A stretch of 64,000 bases of DNA, taken from a virus. The translations under genes were made by a program, and so were the position numbers. Each line of letters begins with the position of its first letter. The stretch's first letter is position 1. This document shows positions 19,322 to 25,021 of the stretch, piece after piece. The notes below the pieces were generated by a model. The model was not told where the DNA came from. It ran no database searches and was given only the letters and a program-made list of their open reading frames with translations. The stretch is from positions 32,001-96,000 of IMG/VR virus record IMGVR_UViG_3300011113_000747. One strand, given 5' to 3'.

Positions 19322-19407
19322 GCAGGTGTGGGTCAATTGGTTGACCAACAGACTTTTAATCTGTGCGAGTAATCGCTATGTGGGTTCGAGTCCCATCGCC
19401 TGCACCA
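19322..19407 (+). tRNA. tRNA-Lys(TTT) with long variable arm
   Basis: ACAGA-CTTTTAA-TCTGT; variable arm GCGA-GTAA-TCGC; canonical T-arm. Confidence 0.85.
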
Positions 19408-19416
19408 ATTTCAAAT

Positions 19417-19493
19417 ATCCGGCCATGTTCCAAGGCTAGGCGACGCGGACTCCAAATTTGCGTGGGTCAGTTCAATTCTGACGCCGGATGCCA
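19417..19493 (+). tRNA. tRNA-Trp(CCA)
   Basis: ATCCGGC/GCCGGAT; GCGGA-CTCCAAA-TTTGC. Confidence 0.8.
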
Positions 19494-19501
19494 TTTCAAA
19501 T

Positions 19502-19577
19502 GCCCCATTAGTATAACGGACAGAACACTCGGCTACGAACCGAGAGAAGGTAGGTTCAATTCCTCCATGGGGTACCA
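19502..19577 (+). tRNA. tRNA-Arg(ACG)
   Basis: GCCCCAT/ATGGGGT; CTCGG-CTACGAA-CCGAG. Confidence 0.9.
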
Positions 19578-19580
19578 TTT

Positions 19581-19655
19581 CGCGCAATGGTGTAAGGTAA
19601 AGCACGCTGGCCACACTGGCGCCAGAGGAAGGGTGAAAAGCCTGATGCGCAACCA
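19581..19655 (+). pseudogene. Degenerate tRNA-like unit, anticodon not readable
   Basis: GCGCA/TGCGC acceptor, D-arm-like TGGTGTAAGGTAAAGCAC, CTGGC/GCCAG arm with a 9-nt loop, 3' ACCA. Confidence 0.5.
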
Positions 19656-19663
19656 TTTCAAAT

Positions 19664-19742
19664 GCTCCAGAAGCTACAGTAGACGGGCAGCTGGCTCTTA
19701 ACCAGAAGATTCGTGTGGTTGCAACTACCACCTGGAGTACCA
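19664..19742 (+). tRNA. tRNA-Lys(CTT)
   Basis: GCTCCAG/CTGGAGT; CTGG-CTCTTAA-CCAG; T-loop TGCAACT. Confidence 0.85.
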
Positions 19743-19752
19743 ATTTCAAAAA

Positions 19753-19829
19753 GCCCCGGTAGCATAACTGGTAACTGCAGCAGTCTCAAACACTGAAGAG
19801 TGTCGGTTCGAATCCGACTCGGGGTACCA
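19753..19829 (+). tRNA. tRNA-Leu(CAA) with short variable loop
   Basis: CAGT-CTCAAAC-ACTG; 5-nt variable loop; canonical T-arm; A73. Confidence 0.8.
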
Positions 19830-19834
19830 ATTAA

Positions 19835-19921
19835 GGAAGCACCAGCTGAGATGGACGCTCTGCGGAGAAGTGTTACTTGTGCAAGAAAGCTAAACGAACG
19901 CTTTCCAGCTGACTTCCACCA
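19835..19921 (+). ncRNA. CCA-ended tRNA-like small RNA
   Basis: GGAAG/CTTCC plus CAGCTG/CAGCTG closing stems, internal hairpins, 3' ACCA followed by the array spacer ATTTCA. Confidence 0.5.
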
Positions 19922-19928
19922 ATTTCAT

Positions 19929-20027
19929 GGGAGTGTGAAGCCAAAGGCTAGGCTAGTGGTTCGATTCCACTTTAATTGCTGGTGCACTCGACGGAGCAAG
20001 AGGGTTCGAATCCCTTCACTTCCACCA
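19929..20027 (+). tRNA. tRNA-Ser(CGA) with extra-long variable arm (99 nt)
   Basis: GGGAGTG/CACTTCC; AGTGG-TTCGATT-CCACT; TTGCT/AGCAA variable arm; A73. Confidence 0.75.
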
Positions 20028-20036
20028 ATTTCAAAT

Positions 20037-20120
20037 GGGCTTGTGGATAACCAGAAACAGCAGAATGGCTCGGCTTAAACCCGATGATCCTTGAGGGTGC
20101 AACTCCCTTCAAGCCTACCA
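20037..20120 (+). tRNA. tRNA-Leu(TAA), enlarged D region, short variable loop
   Basis: GGGCTTG/CAAGCCT; TCGG-CTTAAAC-CCGA; T-loop TGCAACT. Confidence 0.75.
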
Positions 20121-20128
20121 ATTTCAAT

Positions 20129-20205
20129 GCCCTGGTAGCATAACTGGCAACTGCGTCTGACTTAGGATCAGAAGAATGGGGGTTCGAATCCCTCTCAGGG
20201 TACCA
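20129..20205 (+). tRNA. tRNA-Leu(TAG) with short variable loop
   Basis: TCTGA-CTTAGGA-TCAGA (G37); D-arm nearly identical to Leu(CAA). Confidence 0.85.
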
Positions 20206-20213
20206 ATTTCAAA

Positions 20214-20288
20214 GGCCTATAAGCATAGATAGCGATGTATCCGTTTTGTAGTCGGAATAGGAGTGCGCAAGTCACTCATGGGCCTCCA
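20214..20288 (+). tRNA. tRNA-Thr(TGT)
   Basis: GGCCTAT/ATGGGCC; TCCG..TTTGTAG..CGGA; T-loop CGCAAGT. Confidence 0.8.
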
Positions 20289-20294
20289 TTTTAT

Positions 20295-20369
20295 TACCCT
20301 CTAGTGTAATGGTTAACACACCTGACTTTGACTCAGGTAGTCCTCGTTCGAATCGAGGGAGGGTAGCCA
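20295..20369 (+). tRNA. tRNA-Gln(TTG)
   Basis: TACCCTC/GAGGGTA; CCTGA-CTTTGAC-TCAGG. Confidence 0.9.
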
Positions 20370-20379
20370 ATTTTCAAAT

Positions 20380-20442
20380 GGGGTGTCCTGTGCCGCCTAG
20401 CAGGGTAATGGAAAATCTTGGGCTAACCTCCACATTCCACCA
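20380..20442 (+). ncRNA. 63-nt CCA-ended mini tRNA-like RNA
   Basis: GGGGTGT/ACATTCC acceptor-like stem plus ACCA; only two internal hairpins. Confidence 0.45.
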
Positions 20443-20451
20443 ATTTCAAAT

Positions 20452-20529
20452 AACCCTATCGTATAGTCTGGTTGAGTATGTCTGTCTCTGAAACAGAAGG
20501 CCCTGGTTCAAATCCAGGTAGGGTTGCCA
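20452..20529 (+). tRNA. tRNA-Gln(CTG)
   Basis: AACCCTA/TAGGGTT; TCTGT-CTCTGAA-ACAGA. Confidence 0.88.
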
Positions 20530-20551
20530 ATTTCAAACAACAAACACAAAC

Positions 20552-20833
20552 ATGTGGCCAAGCATTAATAATTTTAAAATCTTATCACCAAAAGAAAAAT
20601 GTATAGCTGCATTTCATTATTGGGTTGAAACACAAACAGATGGTAGTGTTTCTTGGAGACATGCAAATACATGTACAACTTCTCTAACACAAAAGCAGCA
20701 GATGCATTATAGAAAATATTATGAAGTGCTTCATGCAATTAGGTTTGTTATTCATACTGAACGCTATGATTTGCTAATTTCTGAGCATCAAGCATTGAAT
20801 GCTCTCAATGATGGCAACAATGTTTTAGTTTAG
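20552..20833 (+). CDS. Hypothetical protein inserted in the tRNA array
   Basis: 93 aa AT-rich ORF filling the gap between tRNAs. Confidence 0.55.
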   Translation: MWPSINNFKILSPKEKCIAAFHYWVETQTDGSVSWRHANTCTTSLTQKQQMHYRKYYEVLHAIRFVIHTERYDLLISEHQALNALNDGNNVLV

Positions 20834-20839
20834 TAAAAA

Positions 20840-20914
20840 TGCTCTCGGGAGGTAAGGATCTCGGACCGTCTCATAAGCGGTGTTAAGTGGGTGCAATCCC
20901 CACGGGAGCGACCA
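20840..20914 (+). tRNA. tRNA-Met(CAT), elongator Met or Ile2 not distinguishable
   Basis: TGCTCTC/GGGAGCG; ACCGT-CTCATAA-GCGGT; T-loop TGCAATC. Confidence 0.8.
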
Positions 20915-20920
20915 ATTTAA

Positions 20921-20936
20921 GGAAATACGATATAAT
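20921..20936 (+). promoter_or_regulatory. GGAAA-N5-TATAAT promoter (internal to array)
   Basis: ggaaa tacga tataat. Confidence 0.6.
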
Positions 20937-20957
20937 AATAGAGTAATAAATTTAAAA

Positions 20958-21035
20958 GTCCCTGTAGTTAACGGAAGGCTATAACATCGCCCTTTCACGG
21001 CGAAATACCCGGTTCGACCCCGGGTGGGGATGCCA
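20958..21035 (+). tRNA. tRNA-Glu(TTC)
   Basis: TCGCC-CTTTCAC-GGCGA; GGTTCGA. Confidence 0.88.
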
Positions 21036-21044
21036 ATTTCAAAT

Positions 21045-21118
21045 GACCCTGTAGATTAATAGTAAATCGCCACGCTTTCAACGTGAAGACGACGGAGCAT
21101 AACCGTCCTGGGTTGCCA
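21045..21118 (+). tRNA. tRNA-Glu(TTC), second divergent copy
   Basis: CACG-CTTTCAA-CGTG; T-loop AGCATAA. Confidence 0.8.
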
Positions 21119-21127
21119 ATTTCAAAT

Positions 21128-21205
21128 AGAGCCGAAGTCAAACAGCATTGACGCTCGCCTGTCGAGCGAGATATAAAGTGGGGGCAGCACCCATCGGCTC
21201 TGCCA
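21128..21205 (+). tRNA. tRNA-Asp(GTC)
   Basis: AGAGCCG/CGGCTCT; CTCGC-CTGTCGA-GCGAG; T-loop GGCAGCA. Confidence 0.82.
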
Positions 21206-21213
21206 ATTTCAAT

Positions 21214-21289
21214 CCTTCTGTAGCTGAGTGGTTTTTAGCAGCGTCTTGATAAGGCGCAGACGTAGGTTCAATTCCTACCAGAAGGACCA
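21214..21289 (+). tRNA. tRNA-Ile(GAT)
   Basis: CCTTCTG/CAGAAGG; GCGTC-TTGATAA-GGCGC. Confidence 0.9.
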
Positions 21290-21297
21290 ATTTCAAA

Positions 21298-21373
21298 AGC
21301 CCTATAGCCCAACAGCAGAGGCAATACGTTAAGGGCGTATTCAGTGCAGGTGCAAATCCTGCTAGGGGTACCA
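21298..21373 (+). tRNA. tRNA-Leu(AAG) with short variable loop
   Basis: ATACG-TTAAGGG-CGTAT (A34, G37); T-loop TGCAAAT; one acceptor-stem mismatch. Confidence 0.72.
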
Positions 21374-21378
21374 ATTTT

Positions 21379-21561
21379 ATGAAAATAATTGTCAACACAG
21401 AACAAGAAAAGATTGCTTTATTAAAAGCTTCAAAATACATTCATGATCTAAAATGTTTAGATACAAGCGATGATGCTGTTAATACAATAGCTCATTTGTA
21501 TTGTGCACCATTTTTAATTGAAGTTGATCCTAATTTAAAAATTTCAGTTGAACAACAATAG
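21379..21561 (+). CDS. Hypothetical protein inserted in the tRNA array
   Basis: 60 aa AT-rich ORF between tRNAs. Confidence 0.5.
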   Translation: MKIIVNTEQEKIALLKASKYIHDLKCLDTSDDAVNTIAHLYCAPFLIEVDPNLKISVEQQ

Positions 21562-21576
21562 GAAAGAGTATATAAT
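21561..21576 (+). promoter_or_regulatory. GGAAA-N5-TATAAT promoter
   Basis: TTGAAC-17 nt-TATAAT with GGAAA in the spacer. Confidence 0.65.
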
Positions 21577-21593
21577 ATTGTTGTAGATAAAAA

Positions 21594-21669
21594 TCCCAAG
21601 TAGCTCAGCGGTAGTAGCGAGTGGCTGTTAACCACTAGGTCGCTGGTTCGATCCCAGCCTTGGGAGCCA
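21594..21669 (+). tRNA. tRNA-Asn(GTT), canonical copy
   Basis: TCCCAAG/CTTGGGA; AGTGG-CTGTTAA-CCACT. Confidence 0.92.
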
Positions 21670-21679
21670 TTTTCAAAAT

Positions 21680-21753
21680 TGCAGGTAGGTGGTCTAGTGA
21701 CCATTCTGGGCTCATAACCCGGAGAGCGTGGTGCGATTCCCGGCCTGTTACCA
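21680..21753 (+). tRNA. Initiator tRNA-fMet(CAT)
   Basis: GGG/CCC anticodon stem around CTCATAA; 1:72 mismatch; T-loop TGCGATT. Confidence 0.8.
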
Positions 21754-21761
21754 ATTTCAAT

Positions 21762-21837
21762 GCCCGGTTAGCTCAGCGGTAGTAGCACCGCCTTTACACG
21801 GCGACTGTCGCAGGTTCAATCCCTGCACCGGGTACCA
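21762..21837 (+). tRNA. tRNA-Val(TAC)
   Basis: CGCC-TTTACAC-GGCG; canonical. Confidence 0.9.
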
Positions 21838-21843
21838 GTTTAT

Positions 21844-21919
21844 GGGGCCATAGCACAATTGGTAGTGCACCTGCTTTGCAAGCAGAAGGTTACCGGTTCG
21901 ACTCCGGTTGGCTCCACCA
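21844..21919 (+). tRNA. tRNA-Ala(TGC)
   Basis: GGGGCCA/TGGCTCC with G3:U70; CTGC-TTTGCAA-GCAG. Confidence 0.92.
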
Positions 21920-21929
21920 ATTTCTAAAT

Positions 21930-22025
21930 GATCGGCGTCTGAAAAGGTAAGAGAAACCTCTCCCACTGCAAACGTTAGCAGATGAAGTTTTGAGCTTTCA
22001 TAACGACGAGTATACCTGGTCACCA
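21930..22025 (+). ncRNA. CCA-ended multibranch small RNA
   Basis: GATCGG/CTGGTC plus ACCA; CGTC/GACG inner stem enclosing three hairpins. Confidence 0.5.
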
Positions 22026-22030
22026 ATTTC

Positions 22031-22170
22031 AGAACATTCAATCAACCGCAACACAGAGGTCGATCTTGCAAGCCGAGTACCTCTGACGGCTCTGATAACA
22101 GGTGCGCTTGCACGAGCCTTGCGAATGGTTCTGCATGCACCAGCTGAATTAGCTACTCAGTGTGGTGCTA
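22031..22170 (+). ncRNA. Candidate structured RNA
   Basis: AGAACATTC/GAATGGTTCT, CGCAA/TTGCG, CAGAGG/CCTCTG, GGCTC/GAGCC, then a GCACCA/TGGTGC hairpin. Confidence 0.45.
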
Positions 22171-22201
22171 AATTTTTTAATTAACTATAATAAATATTAA
22201 C

Positions 22202-22660
22202 ATGAAAAAAGATTTAAAACTCATTGCAGAAGCTTATAACAAGGTTATTATTGAACAAATAACTGATGATTGGTTTCAACAAGGAGCATTTCAAGCTTAT
22301 AAAAAGCCAGCAAAAGAACCATATCAAGTTGCAAAGCAAGATGGTGTGTTACAGACCTTAGAAGGACCACAACAATACAAAGCTGGTTTTTATATTATTA
22401 CAGGACCGAAAGGTGAAAAATATTCGATGCCTCCAGAAAAATTCAATGAATTAAAAGATGATAACGGGGATGGTACAGCTTCACCTAAAAAAATTATTAA
22501 GCAAGTAAAATTAGCTGATTCAGATGGTGTTGTAAAAACTTCATGGGGAGCTGATTTACAATATAAGTCTGGGGAAGATTATATTGTTAAACATGGTCCG
22601 GGTGATTATGGTGTGGTAAAGAAAGATATTTTTCAGCAAACATACGTATCCGAACAATAA
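22202..22660 (+). CDS. PGDYG-motif protein (duplicated domain)
   Basis: HGPGDYGVVKKDIFQQTY; two similar halves; TAAATA at 22191. Confidence 0.75.
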   Translation: MKKDLKLIAEAYNKVIIEQITDDWFQQGAFQAYKKPAKEPYQVAKQDGVLQTLEGPQQYKAGFYIITGPKGEKYSMPPEKFNELKDDNGDGTASPKKIIKQVKLADSDGVVKTSWGADLQYKSGEDYIVKHGPGDYGVVKKDIFQQTYVSEQ

Positions 22661-22670
22661 ATTTTTCAAT

Positions 22671-22745
22671 GCGCAATGAGCCAGCTGGCGTAGGCAGCGG
22701 TCTGCAAAATCGCTTAGTAGGGTTCGATTCCCTAATTGCGCTCCA
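22671..22745 (+). tRNA. tRNA-Cys(GCA)
   Basis: GCGCAAT/ATTGCGC; GCGGT-CTGCAAA-ATCGC; U73. Confidence 0.9.
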
Positions 22746-22770
22746 ATTCTAGTACGCGTATCCGGCGCTA

Positions 22771-22836
22771 GGCTCGTCGCTGGTTAATTCTAGACATCTG
22801 AGATTCCAAATTTCAGATGAAGTTAACGGGCCGCCA
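22771..22836 (+). ncRNA. Long hairpin ending in GCCA
   Basis: GGCTCG/CGGGCC, GTTAA/TTAAC and CATCTGA/TCAGATG stacked stems. Confidence 0.4.
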
Positions 22837-22858
22837 ATTTTTTTAGTTGAATTAGATA

Positions 22859-22874
22859 GGAAATATCTTATAAT
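22859..22874 (+). promoter_or_regulatory. GGAAA-N5-TATAAT promoter
   Basis: TTGAAT-16 nt-TATAAT with GGAAA in the spacer. Confidence 0.65.
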
Positions 22875-22897
22875 AAAGGTGTAAACAAACAACAAAA

Positions 22898-22980
22898 GCC
22901 CCGGTAGCGGATCCGCCTTCTAAGCGGAGCATTGTACCGTAATTGGACGCATACAGGTTCGAGTCCTGTTCGGGGTACCA
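22898..22980 (+). tRNA. tRNA-Arg(TCT)-like, lacking a D-arm
   Basis: GCCCCGG/TCGGGGT; 7-nt linker; TCCGC-CTTCTAA-GCGGA; CGT-AATTGG-ACG hairpin; ACAGG-TTCGAGT-CCTGT; ACCA. Confidence 0.7.
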
Positions 22981-22990
22981 TTTTTCAAAA

Positions 22991-23067
22991 TCCCTGCGTA
23001 TCATAATTAGTTAATGTCCTCGCCTGTGAAGCGAGCTAAGACGGGGCAGAACCGTCCCAGGGAACCA
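22991..23067 (+). tRNA. tRNA-His(GTG) without G-1/C73
   Basis: CTCGC-CTGTGAA-GCGAG; T-loop GGCAGAA; discriminator A. Confidence 0.78.
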
Positions 23068-23074
23068 TTTCATC

Positions 23075-23362
23075 ATGACAACCACACGCAAAGATAAAAT
23101 TTTAGTTTTCCAACACAAAATAACTAATTTATATTTAGCAGTATGGCGTGAGCCGGGATCAACTTCTTATTTTTGGACATATGATGTTAATGATGCTATG
23201 CAGTCAAATGTATGGGATGAAAATCATGCAATTTTTCAGAACATTGAAAAGGCAGACCCTGCAAAATATTTTGACCCCATGAGAAGCAATGAAATTAAAG
23301 ATTGCAAACTTGTAATGTTTGAAAAAGAGTCTACAATCAATTACAAACAAATTTCATCATGA
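23075..23362 (+). CDS. Hypothetical protein
   Basis: 95 aa ORF; ATGA overlap with the next ORF. Confidence 0.6.
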   Translation: MTTTRKDKILVFQHKITNLYLAVWREPGSTSYFWTYDVNDAMQSNVWDENHAIFQNIEKADPAKYFDPMRSNEIKDCKLVMFEKESTINYKQISS

Positions 23363-23706
23363 CAACATCAACAATCATCAATGAAGATTATGCAATGGAG
23401 CTTACGATGTTGCATCGTTACAGAGACCTTTCAGATGGTCTTTCGGTAATAGAATTTGATTGCAACTTTGATTGGTATCATGGTGATCATTGTCCAAAGT
23501 TTGATTTGAGTCTGAGATTATTCAATTGGACTATTTTTGAGTTTAACATCTACAACAGACATCATGTTGTAGATGAAATAGGCGATGTTTTATTGCCTTG
23601 GGCAAAACAAGATTTTGAAGAATCAGACAAAGCTTTTATAGAGCTTGTAAAAAATTCCGGAATAGTTGCAAACGAGGGTTCGAAACCTCCAGTAGCATCT
23701 AACTGA
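23359..23706 (+). CDS. Hypothetical protein
   Basis: 115 aa ORF, translationally coupled to the previous one. Confidence 0.6.
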   Translation: MTTSTIINEDYAMELTMLHRYRDLSDGLSVIEFDCNFDWYHGDHCPKFDLSLRLFNWTIFEFNIYNRHHVVDEIGDVLLPWAKQDFEESDKAFIELVKNSGIVANEGSKPPVASN

Positions 23707-23940
23707 GATTCAAAGCATCGAAGTTTATAGGTTTGAACGACGGGTTGTTGGCCCGGTAGGTGTGTTCGAGTGCACACGTGCTTTGAGTCTCGACAATTCA
23801 TCTGGCTGTTGCAATGAGGTAAAGACCCAACGCAATGCCAAATAGTCCAAAAAGTAAGAGTAAAATATTCATAAGGGCTGCATTTCAAAACTATGGCAAA
23901 GCTTTTGCTATAGCGATGAAAATTGCAGCAATGCAAAAAA
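23705..23940 (+). ncRNA. Candidate structured RNA with a tRNA-like cloverleaf closed by a 13-bp stem
   Basis: GAGATTCAAAGCA/TGCTTTGAGTCTC encloses three hairpins including GTGTG-TTCGAGTG-CACAC; further long hairpins follow. Confidence 0.55.
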
Positions 23941-23996
23941 ATCCAAGAAACATGTGGATTATCTCAAGGAAGTTCATATAGTTATTTATTCAAAAT

Positions 23997-24084
23997 GCTG
24001 GTGTGGCTGAGCGGCCTAAAGCACTAGTTTTGTAAACTAGCGGGAGTGATCCCATCGTCAGTTCGAATCTGACCACCAGCTCCA
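23997..24084 (+). tRNA. tRNA-Thr(TGT) with long variable arm and class II-type D-arm
   Basis: GCTGGTG/CACCAGC; GGCTGAGCGGCCTAAAGC; CTAGT-TTTGTAA-ACTAG; GGGA-GTGA-TCCC. Confidence 0.88.
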
Positions 24085-24090
24085 TCTTCC

Positions 24091-24270
24091 ATGAACAATC
24101 GCAGATCATTCTTCAAAAGACTCATTGGCTTAATCGCTGCACCAAAGGTTGCGAAAGCAACACACTCAAGCAACATAGTCAAAATGTGGACACCTGAAAC
24201 AGGTGTTACATATGGTGAGTATATTCATCCAGGCATTTGTATTAAACAAATTGACAAAACGGGGAGTTAG
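24091..24270 (+). CDS. 59 aa protein with a twin-arginine-like N-terminus
   Basis: Manual translation MNNRRSFFKRLIGLIAAPKVAKA...; stop overlaps the tRNA-Val 5' end. Confidence 0.5.
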   Translation: MNNRRSFFKRLIGLIAAPKVAKATHSSNIVKMWTPETGVTYGEYIHPGICIKQIDKTGS

Positions 24271-24334
24271 TATAGAAGCAGTACATTGGCTCGACACGCC
24301 AAAGAAGAAGGAGCGTTACCTTCACTCCCTACCA
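24261..24334 (+). tRNA. tRNA-Val(GAC)
   Basis: GGGGAGT/ACTCCCT; TTGGC-TCGACAC-GCCAA (C33); T-loop AGCGTTA. Confidence 0.8.
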
Positions 24335-24345
24335 TAAATATATTC

Positions 24346-24828
24346 ATGAAGTTTGATGATGTTGTAAACGAAGCACTTTCACGTCTTTCGCCTGTAAAAC
24401 TATATAGAGGAGCTGAACCAGATGAGGATCCTTCGAGTGAAGTAGAAAGACCTTGGGCCCAAGGTCGTGAATTAGATTTTCGTGCTGCATTTATGAAAGG
24501 AGATGTTGATGAAGTTATCAGCATGCTGCGTAAGCATGCTGGTGATTCTGGTGTAAGAGCAAAAGGTATAAAGTCATATTCTTTGAATAGAGATGTAGCA
24601 AAAGAGTTTATTTTCGACAAAGGTATAATTAAAGAATTAGATATACCCGCTAAAAACATAATTTCATCAAGACAAAGACTACAAACAATTTTATCTTTAC
24701 CTGATCAACAAAAACAGCAACTGCTCGATCAGGGTGTAGGATTCAACGTTAATAGATTGCTTTCCAAATATAAATTTGCTGCATCTGATCCAGATACAGA
24801 GCAAGAAATAATGATTTACAAAAAGTAA
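24346..24828 (+). CDS. Putative ADP-ribosyltransferase (R-S-E type)
   Basis: LYRG, SYSLNRDVAKEF, EQEIMI. Start moved to ATG 24346 because the track start lies inside the tRNA; TAAATA at 24335. Confidence 0.6.
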   Translation: MKFDDVVNEALSRLSPVKLYRGAEPDEDPSSEVERPWAQGRELDFRAAFMKGDVDEVISMLRKHAGDSGVRAKGIKSYSLNRDVAKEFIFDKGIIKELDIPAKNIISSRQRLQTILSLPDQQKQQLLDQGVGFNVNRLLSKYKFAASDPDTEQEIMIYKK

Positions 24829-24906
24829 GCCAACTATCGCTCCACCCGACAGATAGCTTTGCATGACGGTGCAAATGACCCTGAAAATCGCAAGGAGCAA
24901 AATCAT

Positions 24907-24981
24907 GGTTTCTAAGCATAGACAGCGATGCACACGATTGGTATTCGTGATAGAGGAGCGCAAATCTCCTAGGAGCCTCCA
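24907..24981 (+). tRNA. tRNA-Thr(GGT)
   Basis: GGTTTCT/AGGAGCC; CACGA-TTGGTAT-TCGTG; T-loop CGCAAAT. Confidence 0.82.
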
Positions 24982-25001
24982 TTTTTCAGTGGAACCTTAA
25001 A

Positions 25002-25017
25002 GGAACTACGTTATAAT
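25002..25017 (+). promoter_or_regulatory. GGAAC-N5-TATAAT promoter variant
   Basis: ggaac tacgt tataat, just upstream of ORF 25022. Confidence 0.55.
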
Positions 25018-25021
25018 AAAA

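Noticed and set aside
19753-19829. Possible opal suppressor or Sec tRNA (TCA in the loop) and genome recoding
   Set aside because: Stem register gives the loop CTCAAAC, anticodon CAA. Long conserved genes are intact in the standard code, and I found no CTA, TTA or TCA anticodon.
18341-21930. CRISPR-like periodicity of CCAATTTCAAA every 75-95 nt
   Set aside because: The repeat is the tRNA CCA end plus spacer, the intervening units are tRNAs, and there are no cas genes.
18205-22184. About 20 track ORFs of 60-112 aa on both strands across the tRNA array
   Set aside because: They are read-throughs of tRNA genes with no RBS or protein-like composition. Only 20552 and 21379 fill real gaps.
24286-24345. 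Track start of the ART ORF at 24286
   Set aside because: It lies within tRNA-Val. ATG 24346, downstream of TAAATA, is the plausible start.
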